Origin: Balanoglossus misakiensis
Taxonomy: Eukaryota; Animalia; Hemichordata
NCBI GenBank assembly: GCA_040954595.2
Contig: CM082581.2
Location: 1,914,699 to 1,978,698, forward strand
DNA: 64,000 bases
Direction: 5' to 3'
The stretch's first letter is position 1. Each line of letters begins with the position of its first letter. The position numbers were made by a program, and so were the translations under genes. Below, one piece after another: positions 27,913-39,343 of the stretch. A model generated the notes under the pieces. It searched no databases, was not told where the DNA came from, and was given only the letters and a program-made list of their open reading frames with translations.

Positions 27913-30900
27913 TTAGCTGCTATCTTTGCGAGCCCTTTTCCTTATAGGTGGTTTAGGGTTTCCTGGGTGATTCCTGATATGATGATCTTTCACCATGCAC
28001 TTCAACCTGTCTACGTCATTTGGCATTGAGGCATAACTCCTCTCTGCTGTGTTGAAGTGATGGTGAATGACCTCAATACCTTGCTCACCTAGAAAACCCA
28101 GCCCCATATTTGTCATTTCAATTTGACTGACAACATGACATTCAAGAAGGTGCATCTTTGGAAACACAGATTCTTTAGGGAAATTTGATCTGTAATATTC
28201 CATAAGCCCTCGTATGTTGATACCTAGGAGAAAAAGAGAAAATATAAAATCCTTAGTGAGTGGTAATTTAAGAAATTGCAAGAGGTTTATCACTTTATCC
28301 ACTAAACACTAAGGAATCCAAATGTAAAGAGTTACAACTACAACATGAACATACATATAAATGTAAACATCAAAATAAAATAAAATACAATAAATATAAA
28401 AATTATACACTCAGAGAGAGAACAAAAAAGGTGAACACAAGAAAAAATACAAATACAAAATAAATTATCGTTGATTATCCAAACAAGAAAATAATACTTA
28501 TTTTATGCAAACTTCAACATTGAATACATTTACAGCATGCAGCAACCAGGCTTCTAAATCTGCCCGTGGCTTCTCTGGTATAATTCAAGTATCTACAAAC
28601 TGCCAAATAGAAAAAAAAACACCATAGAACACGGTTAGTTCAAATACATTATGAATAATCGAACAAATGTGATTATCTTGATAAGAATAGTCACCAAGCT
28701 CAGTTATTTCATCTTGGGTCAACCTCCTTGAAAGAGAATATGTGTTGTGGCATGATGCAAACAGTGTCAGTAATGGTTTGAATTTGTCCCTTATGGCCTC
28801 TGCATCAGTAATCAGTTCTGGTGTCATCTCCTCAGTACACTGTACCACACTATCAACAATGATGTTGATATTCTTGTCCTGAATGTGAGATGGAAAAGAT
28901 CTTATGTTTAATAGGTGTACGTGTTTGCATGAATGCATGAATAAGAAAATGTCAGAAACAAATTGAAAATGTATTTGTGAATATCTACAACAAAAGCAGA
29001 GTAAAACTAAATATTAATTTAACCTTTTCATTTCTAGGATTTGACCTGTATGAAATGAAAATACCAACAGGCAAGCATACAAGCAGCAGATAACTTACTG
29101 CCTTGGGGAAACTTAAAATTTTAAGAAAGCTGCATGCCATTGTTATCTACATAAAAAAATGAACTGGGGTCAATAACCACAAATCATGCCTTATTTTGCA
29201 GTTACTCTTATCCTCTGAAGTAAAACAATTTCTTCACTAGATTTAAAACTTGAATATTTGGGAAGCAATACAATATACTAGTATTATAGAAACCTTGCAG
29301 CATGTGTTGACATGGTTTCCAATGAAAGACTTTCCATGGTAAGCCTGTCTGTACACATGAATTTTATTTAGACTCCTATCAAGTTTCCTGACTGTATATC
29401 CAGCATCCCTTGGTAAGTTTCCTTTCAGGCTTGCTGCATCCTCTCTCTGTGTGGAAACAAAACTGTCAGTGAAACTATTGCAAAGCTGAAGTATGAAATC
29501 AAGAGTAGCATGGTTATCCAAAAGACAGGTGAAAATGAGGTGAAAGACTAGGATTATGTCCAAAATAAATGTTTGTTTCTCATACCTCAGCACTTGAAAT
29601 AACTATGGCAACAATTTTCCTGTTATGAGTACACATAAAATTTGGTTTTCTTTTTTCTGGTGTCATATGAAACATTATATTATTCTGTTTCTATTACTGC
29701 AAATAGAAAAAAAATCATTGACATGATCAAAACCTAGCATGAGAAACAAACACTGCAAAGTACTCTAACCCTAACCTTGGCCTTGGCACTTGCAATTAGC
29801 TTTTCCTGCACATCTGATGCTTTTGAAATAGCAGCTAATGAAAGGGAATCATCATCGCTGTCGTCATCACTATCATCATCAAGAAGTTGTCTCTGAATGT
29901 TATTCTCCATGGCAGCAGCCCTGGCTTCTTGAGAGTCGGCCTCCCTTTCCAAGACAAGGGCCTCACGAAGCAATGACACATATGCATCAAAACGTGCTGG
30001 TTTGAAGACAGGTTCATCAATGTCGTCATTTTTTTCCATAGCACAGAACATCTTAAGATCAAGTTCTGCACATGCATTTTCCAGCAACTCAAAAAACCTC
30101 TTATATAAGCCAAGGCTTATATGCAGTGCTGGAATTGCAACCTGGAAGCAAAACAAAATCAATGTAACTGTGAATAAAAAAAATACTGAGTTAAGTAAAC
30201 TTTAACAGGCCTATTTGGAATATACTGTCTGGCTACTTAGTATTCCCTCAACAATAAATGTAATTATTTATAGAGAAGATCATCAGTATACAGTTATGTT
30301 TTACATATTTTAGATTTTTTTGAGACAAACCCAAGACCTGAAGTAGCATTCACAAAGCCAGGACTCAAACCCACTAAGCTAACTTCCCAAGCTAAAAAAA
30401 GACTTCTTCTTTAGTTGCAATTTGATCCTGCATGTCTCCATCACATGTGCATATCATATGGTAAAGTGACAACTGGTAATGCTAGGAGCAAATAAAACTG
30501 TTTAACAACCAAGTCAAAATGACAATTATTGATTAAACTGCACACCCTGTTTAGAGGAATATCAAACAAAGGCTTGTTGATACAGTTGTTGAACATCAAC
30601 GCAGTCTTCTTATCACTCCCTGCTGCTACATAGGCCTGGTTGTCAGCTTTCAGTTGCTCAAGGGACCGTTGTTTTATTTCTGGTCTGTCTCCTGGTTCAC
30701 GCTTTGCTTCCTCCTTGGTAATAGTACACCAAAGACAGAAATATCTGCCTAAAGACAAATTACCCATGAATTATTGCACATTTTGTACATTTGCTGAAAA
30801 TAAATTATAATCATTCTTTCACATGGTAAATTACATATAGTGACTGGCTGACTGATAAACAAAGCTGCTGATAAACACTAGAGCACAATACTATTATCTA

Positions 30901-33900
30901 ATAACTCCATCATTCATGAATGGAAAACAAGTGATTAGTAGCTCACAATTGACTTATACCTTATGTGTACTTACCACTTGCACCTGATAACCCATAAATG
31001 GTTGTCAGATATTCATAGTCACCAGCAAGAAAAGGAATAACCTTCTTATCTCTATGGAAGAAAGGTTTGAAAGTTAAAGGCATGGTACATAGCATAAAAC
31101 ATGTTGAAATAACAAATATTCAGTTTGCCAGCACAGTCACTATGAGTATGGCCAGCACTGCTATTGTTGACAATTGAATTGATTTCAATTGTAAGCGATA
31201 ACAGTGTTTGTTATACATACACTGGTTGTGCTGACAGAACCGATATTGTGTGTTTCAACATGGTATAAGGAACAGACAACACAGTGTTAGTTGAAAGAAT
31301 CAAGCTAAAAGTATCTGAAACAAATAAAAGTTACAGCTACATGTACTGAGTGTCAGAAAACCAGCCATTGTAAGAAAAGGTGTGCATCAGTTTGAATAGA
31401 GCTGAACAGTTATGTACAATCCTCTACCATGGGTAATGCTGCAGAAGAGAAAACTATGACTAGATATTTTAATGCATAATTGAAATATTTGCATCATTTA
31501 CATGTATATCATGTACTCACCTCCATGTGCAACTCTCTAATGAGTTGATTTGGTCTAAATTAACCTTGTAGGCAATCTCAAGGTTATGCCTTGTATCCGG
31601 TGCAGCAAAAATATTCCACACCACTGTGTTTTCAATTGAATTAAGGTTGGCCACATTACAAATCTGAAAGACAGATTTCATGCTGCCACCTCCCTTATCG
31701 CCCCCAACTTTACACCAGACTTCATCACAGGGAATAGTGCTTTCCTGCCAAGTAAGTTTATTTTCTCTGAAATATAAAGTAGATTGATATAATAATATCA
31801 ATATAATAAATGCATTACAAACATGGTAGTAAAAAATGTTGAAGAATGAGAATGAAAAGACCACGTGTACAAAATATTGTCTAAAATGTGAAGTGAAATG
31901 TAGGTACCATTAGTCTAATTTAATTCAATTGAAAATGTGTAAAGTAAGGTCAAAACAAAACATACTATTTATTTTTGACATTATATGATGTCTTTCATTT
32001 TTACGTCAATGAAGTTGAATGTTAACTCCAAATTATACTCCCTACCAGCATTCACAAGAACATTTTAGGGATAACTGAAAGTAAAATCCAAATTTGTTGA
32101 TTATTCTCAATGTTACCTTTCCAAACACTCAAGCCTAGTAATGATTGCATCCTTCACATTCTCTATTACTACCAATGGTGCAAGTCTGATTTCTGTGCAG
32201 TGTTTGCCATCTGTTCCCCTCACTTTAAATGTGAAGGGAAGTCTTTCCGCAGAAAGGGGCAGGGTTAGCGTTTCAGCAATTTCTCTGTCCCTTGTCTCTC
32301 CTTGGACATGTATGTTCCAATTTCGCAACCATCTGAGGAAAAAAATAGATTATGTTGAAATGCATGTGTACTTACCCATCCCATGACACATTGCCACTAT
32401 TGACAGGTTTGACTGTACTAGTAAAATATGCTATAAAAACGCTGGCATACACACCCACTTAATCCTTACCTCCTCAGTGCCCTCAACTTATTCCATGGTA
32501 GTGACAAACTGGTCTTTAGCATTAGACCAGCTCCAGGAGGAACATTAGGCAAAAGACCAAGGGAATGTAGTTCAGTCTTCCCAAATCTGCCCAGCTCCCG
32601 CCTAACCTGTTGTGCTACCGCTTTGCTGTCACCTGACGCACCTGACGCACTTTCTCTTGTCTTCTCTACAATGGTTGCTCGATGTGCCTGTGTACGAGTT
32701 GATACTCTGGTGGAATCCTTCGCTGCCTTTGGGACATACATCAGGTGAATAGGCTTATGGGAGAAAAATGACACACGCAAATATTTTATTAACATGGGGA
32801 CATATGTAATGCAGGTAAATGGCCTTACTAGGAAAAATTACACACAAATACATATGTCATGCTTAAACATATCAGATATGTCAACAATTGAACATTGTGA
32901 CAATATTACAAAACACTATAACTACTTATTCATTCCTACTACAGTCATAATAATTATGACATTAATTTCAAATCAACACTGTTTTTTCCTTACCTTTGAT
33001 CTAGTTTTGAATGTTATCGCCTCTCCCTTTCTAGAGCCAGGGGTTTGTTCAAGTTTCAGTTTGATTATTTTGGTTGCCACTGTATCGAAACCAGCCATCT
33101 TGTCGATTTTTTCAGAACAGTTAGCAATGGTGTCAAGTGCTTCTTGTGGGGATATAGTACTGGTTGTTTTCACGGTCTCTGGCTGGTGTACCGACCCATT
33201 CACATCGATGTCAGTGTCATTGCAATTTACATGTAATTGCTGTTGCTGTTCAGGGAGCTTGGCTGACGCATAATGATGATCATGGGCAATTGATGTGTAG
33301 GGGCAGCTTTCAAAATGGCCTTTCAGATCCCTCAATGGCAGTTCTCTAGTACATCCCCAATTACTATAATCGCAGTGTATTGTTAGTGAACTTAGGATAT
33401 TTCCCAACATGACTGGAATCGAAGCAACTAAATTGCTGTCTATTGTAACCCGACAGACAGGACATGTTGGGGAAACTTTGAACCACTCTGCCAAGCAGGG
33501 GGAACAAAATGTGTGGGGGTTAGCACACAGAATTTGGACAGGCTCGTCCACAATTTCTTTGCAAATAGGGCAATCGAGTTCTTGGCCAATATATGTGCTG
33601 TGAATGAATCGTTGTGGAGACAGTCCCAGTGAACACCTAAACCTCTTGCCTGCTTTGGTCTTTACAACATTGACGAAATCTATATCAACGGGTGTGTCAG
33701 TTTCACTTTGAGTTCCTGAACCCAACTTCCTATCATCAGAGTCATTAGGAGTAGACACGATATTTAACTTTTTTTTTTCACGTCCTCGTTTCGTCTGTTT
33801 TGGTTTCCTTCCGGGTCGAGACCGAAGGCAAACATCACACTCACCGTTTCGCGGATGTTTTTTCCACAATGTCACCTTCGTTCTCGGGCTATAGCTAGCT

Positions 33901-34133
33901 GTACTGACCTGTGTTACATGTAAACAGTAGTCGACTGTCCGCTTGCAATTCTTGCAGAAACTATTTGGATGAACTGTCGATTCGTCGTTGTTTACGTCAA
34001 CATTGAACGTATCGCGCAATTGGGTTTGGAAGCTCTTACACGCGTACGAAGTACTGACGATTTTTGTACCACAAATTCTACACAGTGTTGAGATTAGACC
34101 CAAATGTGCATCCAAATCTTTCTTGGTGGCCAT
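27913..34133 (-). CDS. RAG1-like DDE transposase (Chapa Zn domain, RING, Zn finger, RAG1/Transib-like catalytic core), 10 exons, 1059 aa
   Basis: Exons: 34133-32994, 32753-32470, 32332-32117, 31766-31521, 31051-30975, 30748-30546, 30141-29776, 29446-29294, 28878-28695 and 28223-27913. All nine introns are GT-AG with matching phases, giving 3180 nt and no internal stop. Motifs: HxxxxxxxCRICG...HPNSFCKNC...WKKH...CDVC; RING CPIC...CANPHTFCSPC...CPVC; CDYSNWGC...HFESC; KVGGDKGG (D1, 31697-31699); LAGDYE (D2, 31018-31020); YFCLWC; PALHISLG; FIGN; KMHLLECH; GFLGEQGIE (E, 28072-28074). Confidence 0.92.
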
Positions 34134-34709
34134 ATTTTGCTTCAAAGATGATCTGTATTTTGATTATGGCGCCACAGACACCGGTAACAGGTAGCGTATA
34201 GACGCCGTGACCATGGTGACATTGAGTCAATTTACGTCAATCACAATCACGAACTCTACCGAAAGTGTAATTACGTAGCCACACGCTAAATTCCGAAGCC
34301 ACACCAACACTACAAAACGATCGTACATACAGCAAATTACCCCAGAAATTTGTTATTTACGTTGTGAAAATTGATTTAATTTTAAATCAAGCGCAAAAAA
34401 ATACACATCATAATCATGCTCACCTACAGATCGCACGGCTACCGTGAAAAAAATCGCCACTAACGCAACCACAAAATCACACTTTGAGGCGATTGCAGTA
34501 CATCCGGAAGCCAGCAAAATATCAGTGAGGTTGTTCGGACATCTTCGGAAACCAATTATACTTAGCAAATGTCACGATTATGTCCATATTAGGTAGTTAC
34601 CCCGCCCAGAACTTGCTTCGATCGATCGGCGGCAATTCTCAAAAAACATGTGATCGAAATCCCGCCGCGAGTTCTCCCTATACACGAGATCTCGTGCGTT
34701 TGACATTGT

Positions 34710-34761
34710 TATTTCTTTACTCCAACTAGAATTCGCCTTACGTACGATATTAACAGCCGTG
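34710..34761 (-). repeat. Right (gene 5' side) bipartite TIR: CACGGCT + 20 bp + GAATTCTAGTTGGAGTAAAGAAATA
   Basis: The reverse complement reads CACGGCTGTTAATATCGTACGTAAGGC-GAATTCTAGTTGGAGTAAAGAAATA. Confidence 0.9.
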
Positions 34762-36189
34762 TCGAGTGGTCTTAAATTTTACCCATCTAACAAAACAACT
34801 TTGTAGTCTATAAAGTGCTCCCAGCTGGAATAAACGTCGATTCAATTCAATTCATCATGAATTTGATCAAATTTTCTAAAAAACTCACTTGCGGGCGCTG
34901 CTCTCAATGAAAGCAGGTAACGTAACACAAACTGGTCGTTTTTTCATACTTGTAGTAGGAAGCGTGGCCAACGTTTGGACTTAATTTGTTGTTATTGACC
35001 TAATACCACACGAGCTGATATGACCTAATTTCAAAAAACTGTCCCAAAACTGCCAAACTCAAATATTCAAACATCACCATAATTGTACAATATCTTACAT
35101 CAATCAGTATAAGGAACATGCTTACCGAAGTTCAAAGCAATCTAACAAGTGGTTTCAAGGACAAAAACTTCTGACGAAAAATTGCAACAGTTAGGCCCTA
35201 CCTCAAGAACATAAATATGCACATTTCAGCAAAAATTTAACACAACTCACAATTGCTTAACCCTGAAAACATGCCTACCAATTTTCAAAGCAATCTGACA
35301 AGCGATTTCCGAGAAAACGAATTTTGACCAAAAATTGCAAAATTTGGCCCATAATTACAAATACGCAAACTTAGCAACAATTTGAAAAAAAAAACAAAGA
35401 TCACCTATAGGAAGCTTTATAATTATACTGAATTTTTTTTAGAGAAATCGACCAATCACTTTCATAGAAGATGTGGAAAAAATGACAAAAGTCATAAAAA
35501 GTAGAAAATTCACGATATAAGGTCAAAACTTATAGAGCTCTGTGATGTTGGCAGAAGATATATGCATACCAATTTTCAAAGAAATCTGACCAGTAGTTTT
35601 CAGCTAATGTGTCCGAGATCAGACAAAAACAGAGAACAGAACAGCCAAAGTGAGAGAACAGAATAGCCAAAACTATCACCAGCGCTTAACTCCACATCTG
35701 AAAGCAAACCATTTGTTAGAGCGATATTCAGGTCCTAAGAAAACCCAAACTTCAATCAGACAGAACATACTGGTAATCACAATTGCCTTCTGATTGGAAT
35801 CTGTGCAGGAAAAGCAACAACAAATACTGATCCTCACCTGAAATCAAAGAGACAGACAAAAGCACTCATTTTATCAGAATATTTATTTTAAGTATGCAAA
35901 AATCCTAACATGATATATCTGTCTACTTATTTATCATGATAGGAAAATTGTTGGAATAAAAATATCAAAGATATTCCTTCCTAATGCTGCATATAATATT
36001 TACATACTCTGGCAGTCTTGTAAATACAATGAAATGTTAGTCAAAAGCTCTTCTTAAGAACTGAGTAATTCTCAGTACAAAAAGCAATATGTGGAAAATA
36101 CCAACTTAGCATCTTATGCAAAATCAACAAAATTGAGGAATGGTGTCCCCCCCCTATATGGGGTGAGAACACCGCCAAAAATAGCTGAT

Positions 36190-36680
36190 GTCTTTATTTG
36201 GTAGTTTTCTCATCATTATTATGTTATTATGTCATTATTTGGCCATTACCTTGGCCATTATTTGGTTCGCTCGACATTACCTCGGTCATTATTATACCGT
36301 TATTTCGTTATTTGGCCGTTATTATGTCATTATTCAGTACCGATGTCTTTATTTGGAAGTTTTCTCATCATTACTATGCTATTATGTCATTATTATACCG
36401 TTATTTGGTTAGTTCGTATTTATGTCATGGTCTCGACATTACCTCGGCCATTATTTGGTTCGCTCGACATTACCTCGGTCATTATTATACCGTTATTTCG
36501 TTATTTGGCCGTTATTATGTCATTATTCAGTACCGATGTCTTTATTTGGAAGTTTTCTCATCATTACTATGCTATTATGTCATTATTATACCGTTATTTG
36601 GTTAGTTCGTATTTATGTCATGGTCTCGACATTACCTCGACCATTACCTCGGCCATTATTTGGTTCGCTCGACATTATTT
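36190..36680. repeat. Subterminal CATTAT-rich array with a 193-bp direct duplication (mirrored at about 39450-39940)
   Basis: GGCCATTATTTGGTTCGCTCGACATTA occurs at 36253, 36446 and 36651. Confidence 0.85.
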
Positions 36681-36787
36681 GACCTGCTTTATTATTTGAA
36701 CTCTTGCTCGGTACCCAGAATTCATTGCACAAAATGGCGACGGTATGAAAGTTTCGCCGGCCGTGGCCGACGACGGTCTTGTAAACA

Positions 36788-37637
36788 CAGGGTTCGTACG
36801 CTCCTGGAAACTCCTGGAATTTGAAACCCCTCCTGGAAACTCCTGAAATCTCCTGGAAATTCAAAATTTCTCCTTGAAACTCCTGGAAAACCGCGAGTCA
36901 CGATCGCATTTCACCGGATCGTGAAACGCGTTGCCCATTTCACTCAGCGCACCAGTTATCTTTAGACAGGCGTCCTATAAATAGTATCATTGACGTAGTA
37001 ATGCACAATTTGCAACAACTAACGCAGCTCAGCATTCCGGTCGCAACAAAATATCTAAAACTTGACAAAAGATGTAGCAACTTTTGTAAGAGGTCATGCC
37101 ATGTTTCTGCGCGTCTGCAGAATACTTGTGCAGACGGCCGCGGCAGACACCCGTGAGATCGATGTTCAAGGGCAATTAGTGACGTCAAAAAGAAGCAAAA
37201 AAGGCAGACGTTTTTGTGTGTTTTTTCAGCAGCAAAACAGTAATTTCCATCGGTAATTTGTCGATTTTATCACGACAGAAATCATTGCTTTAGGGACCGT
37301 TCTGTTTTTACGGCCGAGGGTGGGGGAGGGAGTGTCACTTAAATTTTAGCCAAATATATTAAATGATTTGGGAACCTAGGAGATCTCTTGGTGAAAATTG
37401 TTTTACTAGGCCTTCATGGGGAGGTCATTGAAATTTGTACTATCACAGTCAAAAGTCTTTAAATGATTTGTTAAACTAGAATAACAAGTGCATGTGAATG
37501 TAACAGTAATAGTAAATTTTTTTGTTGCGTAAAACATCCTGGAAAGTGGCATTTTTACCACAAAAACTCCTGGAAAATTACTGGAAATCTCCTGGAAACT
37601 CCTGGAATTTTGAATTGCTCTAGGTGTATGAACCCTG
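36788..37637. mobile_element. 850-bp non-autonomous element with a 5-bp TSD (hAT5-like), left-arm copy
   Basis: TIR CAGGGTTCGTAC / GTATGAACCCTG, an AAACA direct repeat on both sides, and CTCCTGGAA subterminal repeats. Confidence 0.8.
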
Positions 37638-38493
37638 AAACAGCACGCGTGGATCAGGCCTCGAACTTAACGCCGGCCCACCGGCCCCGGGCAGGTAAAT
37701 ATTTATAGTGGGCCGGTTATTTTCACATCTTGTCGGCCCAATTGGGCAGGTGAATATACACAAATAAATCAGTAAAACATACTGAAGAATCAATATTCTA
37801 TTGTAAAAGTTATTTAGAAAGAAAGATTTCAAGAAAAAAAAACAAAGTTTTGTGTCTTTATATGCCGTTTTTTCTTATTTTATCGAAGATATAATCGGCC
37901 GTCAACGCGCTGGCAGGGTTACGCGATTAAAGTTCATTGATTGATATGTAAATTAGGAGAAGCCAACGTACGCGCGCGTTGGTGAACCCGACCTGACCCC
38001 TTCCACCCCATGCCCAGGCCATGCGCTCACTGCGTAAGCGTGTCTAAATATAGCTCGGATATATTTGCATAAATTACTGCTTTGTTCTTCTGAAGTTTGC
38101 CTGATAGAATAAAAATGAGTCTTAAAGTTTGGGTTTACTAAAACTTAGAAGGAAGTTTGTACTTAGTGTGCCATCAAAGTGGGAAAGGAAAGGAAATTGA
38201 GTGTCTAAATGGTTGTATTAGACTCCTGGCAGTGTCCTTGTCTTTCCTTAAAATAAGAAAAAACGGCATATAAAGACACAAAACTTTGTTTTTTTTTCTT
38301 GAAATCTTTCTTTCTAAATAACTTTTACAATAGAATATTGATTCTTCAGTATGTTTTACTGATTTATTTGTGTATATTCACCGGCCCAATTGGGCCGACA
38401 AGATGTGAAAATAACCGGCCCACTATAAATATTTACCTGCCCGGGGCCGGTGGGCCGGCGTTAAGTTCGAGGCCTGATCCACGCGTGCTGTTT

Positions 38494-39343
38494 CAGGGTT
38501 CATACACCTAGAGCAATTCAAAATTCCAGGAGTTTCCAGGAGATTTCCAGTAATTTTCCAGGAGTTTTTGTGGTAAAAATGCCACTTTCCAGGATGTTTT
38601 ACGCAACAAAAAAATGTACTATTACTGTTACATTCACATGCACTTGTTATTCTAGTTTAACAAATCATTTAAAGACTTTTGACTGTGATAGTACAAATTT
38701 CAATGACCTCCCCATGAAGGCCTAGTAAAACAATTTTCACCAAGAGATCTCCTAGGTTCCCAAATCATTTAATATATTTGGCTAAAATTTAAGTGACACT
38801 CCCTCCCCCACCCTCGGCCGTAAAAACAGAACGGTCCCTAAAGCAATGATTTCTGTCGTGATAAAATCGACAAATTACCGATGGAAATTACTGTTTTGCT
38901 GCTGAAAAAACACACAAAAACGTCTGCCTTTTTTGCTTCTTTTTGACGTCACTAATTGCCCTTGAACATCGATCTCACGGGTGTCTGCCGCGGCCGTCTG
39001 CACAAGTATTCTGCAGACGCGCAGAAACATGGCATGACCTCTTACAAAAGTTGCTACATCTTTTGTCAAGTTTTAGATATTTTGTTGCGACCGGAATGCT
39101 GAGCTGCGTTAGTTGTTGCAAATTGTGCATTACTACGTCAATGATACTATTTATAGGACGCCTGTCTAAAGATAACTGGTGCGCTGAGTGAAATGGGCAA
39201 CGCGTTTCACGATCCGGTGAAATGCGATCGTGACTCGCGGTTTTCCAGGAGTTTCAAGGAGAAATTTTGAATTTCCAGGAGATTTCAGGAGTTTCCAGGA
39301 GGGGTTTCAAATTCCAGGAGTTTCCAGGAGCGTACGAACCCTG
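38494..39343. mobile_element. Mirror copy of the 850-bp hAT5-like element in the right arm
   Basis: Reverse complement of 36788-37637, including the TGTTT flanks. Confidence 0.8.

Larger units (their letters stand above)
27291..34761 (-). mobile_element. Complete autonomous RAG1-related DNA transposon (Chapaev / N-RAG-TP type), 7471 bp
   Basis: CAC...GTG termini, a 4-bp direct repeat TCGA at 27287-27290 and 34762-34765, a 25-bp perfect subterminal inverted block, and a single intact transposase gene inside. Confidence 0.92.

Noticed and set aside
34081-34087. Perfect RSS heptamer CACAGTG
   Set aside because: It lies inside exon 1 coding sequence, with no nonamer at 12 or 23 bp, so it is probably chance.
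27913-34133. Calling the gene RAG1 itself
   Set aside because: Core motifs (GGDKGG, GDYE, EQGIE) differ from RAG1 (SCDGMG, GYDEK, SEGNES), and the ends and TSD indicate a Chapaev-type relative.
24500-36100. A RAG2-like gene paired with the RAG1-like gene (ProtoRAG arrangement)
   Set aside because: Only about 580 bp lies between the gene and each TIR. No kelch GG repeats or PHD motif were seen in the flanking ORFs, and the TSD is 4 bp rather than 5 bp.
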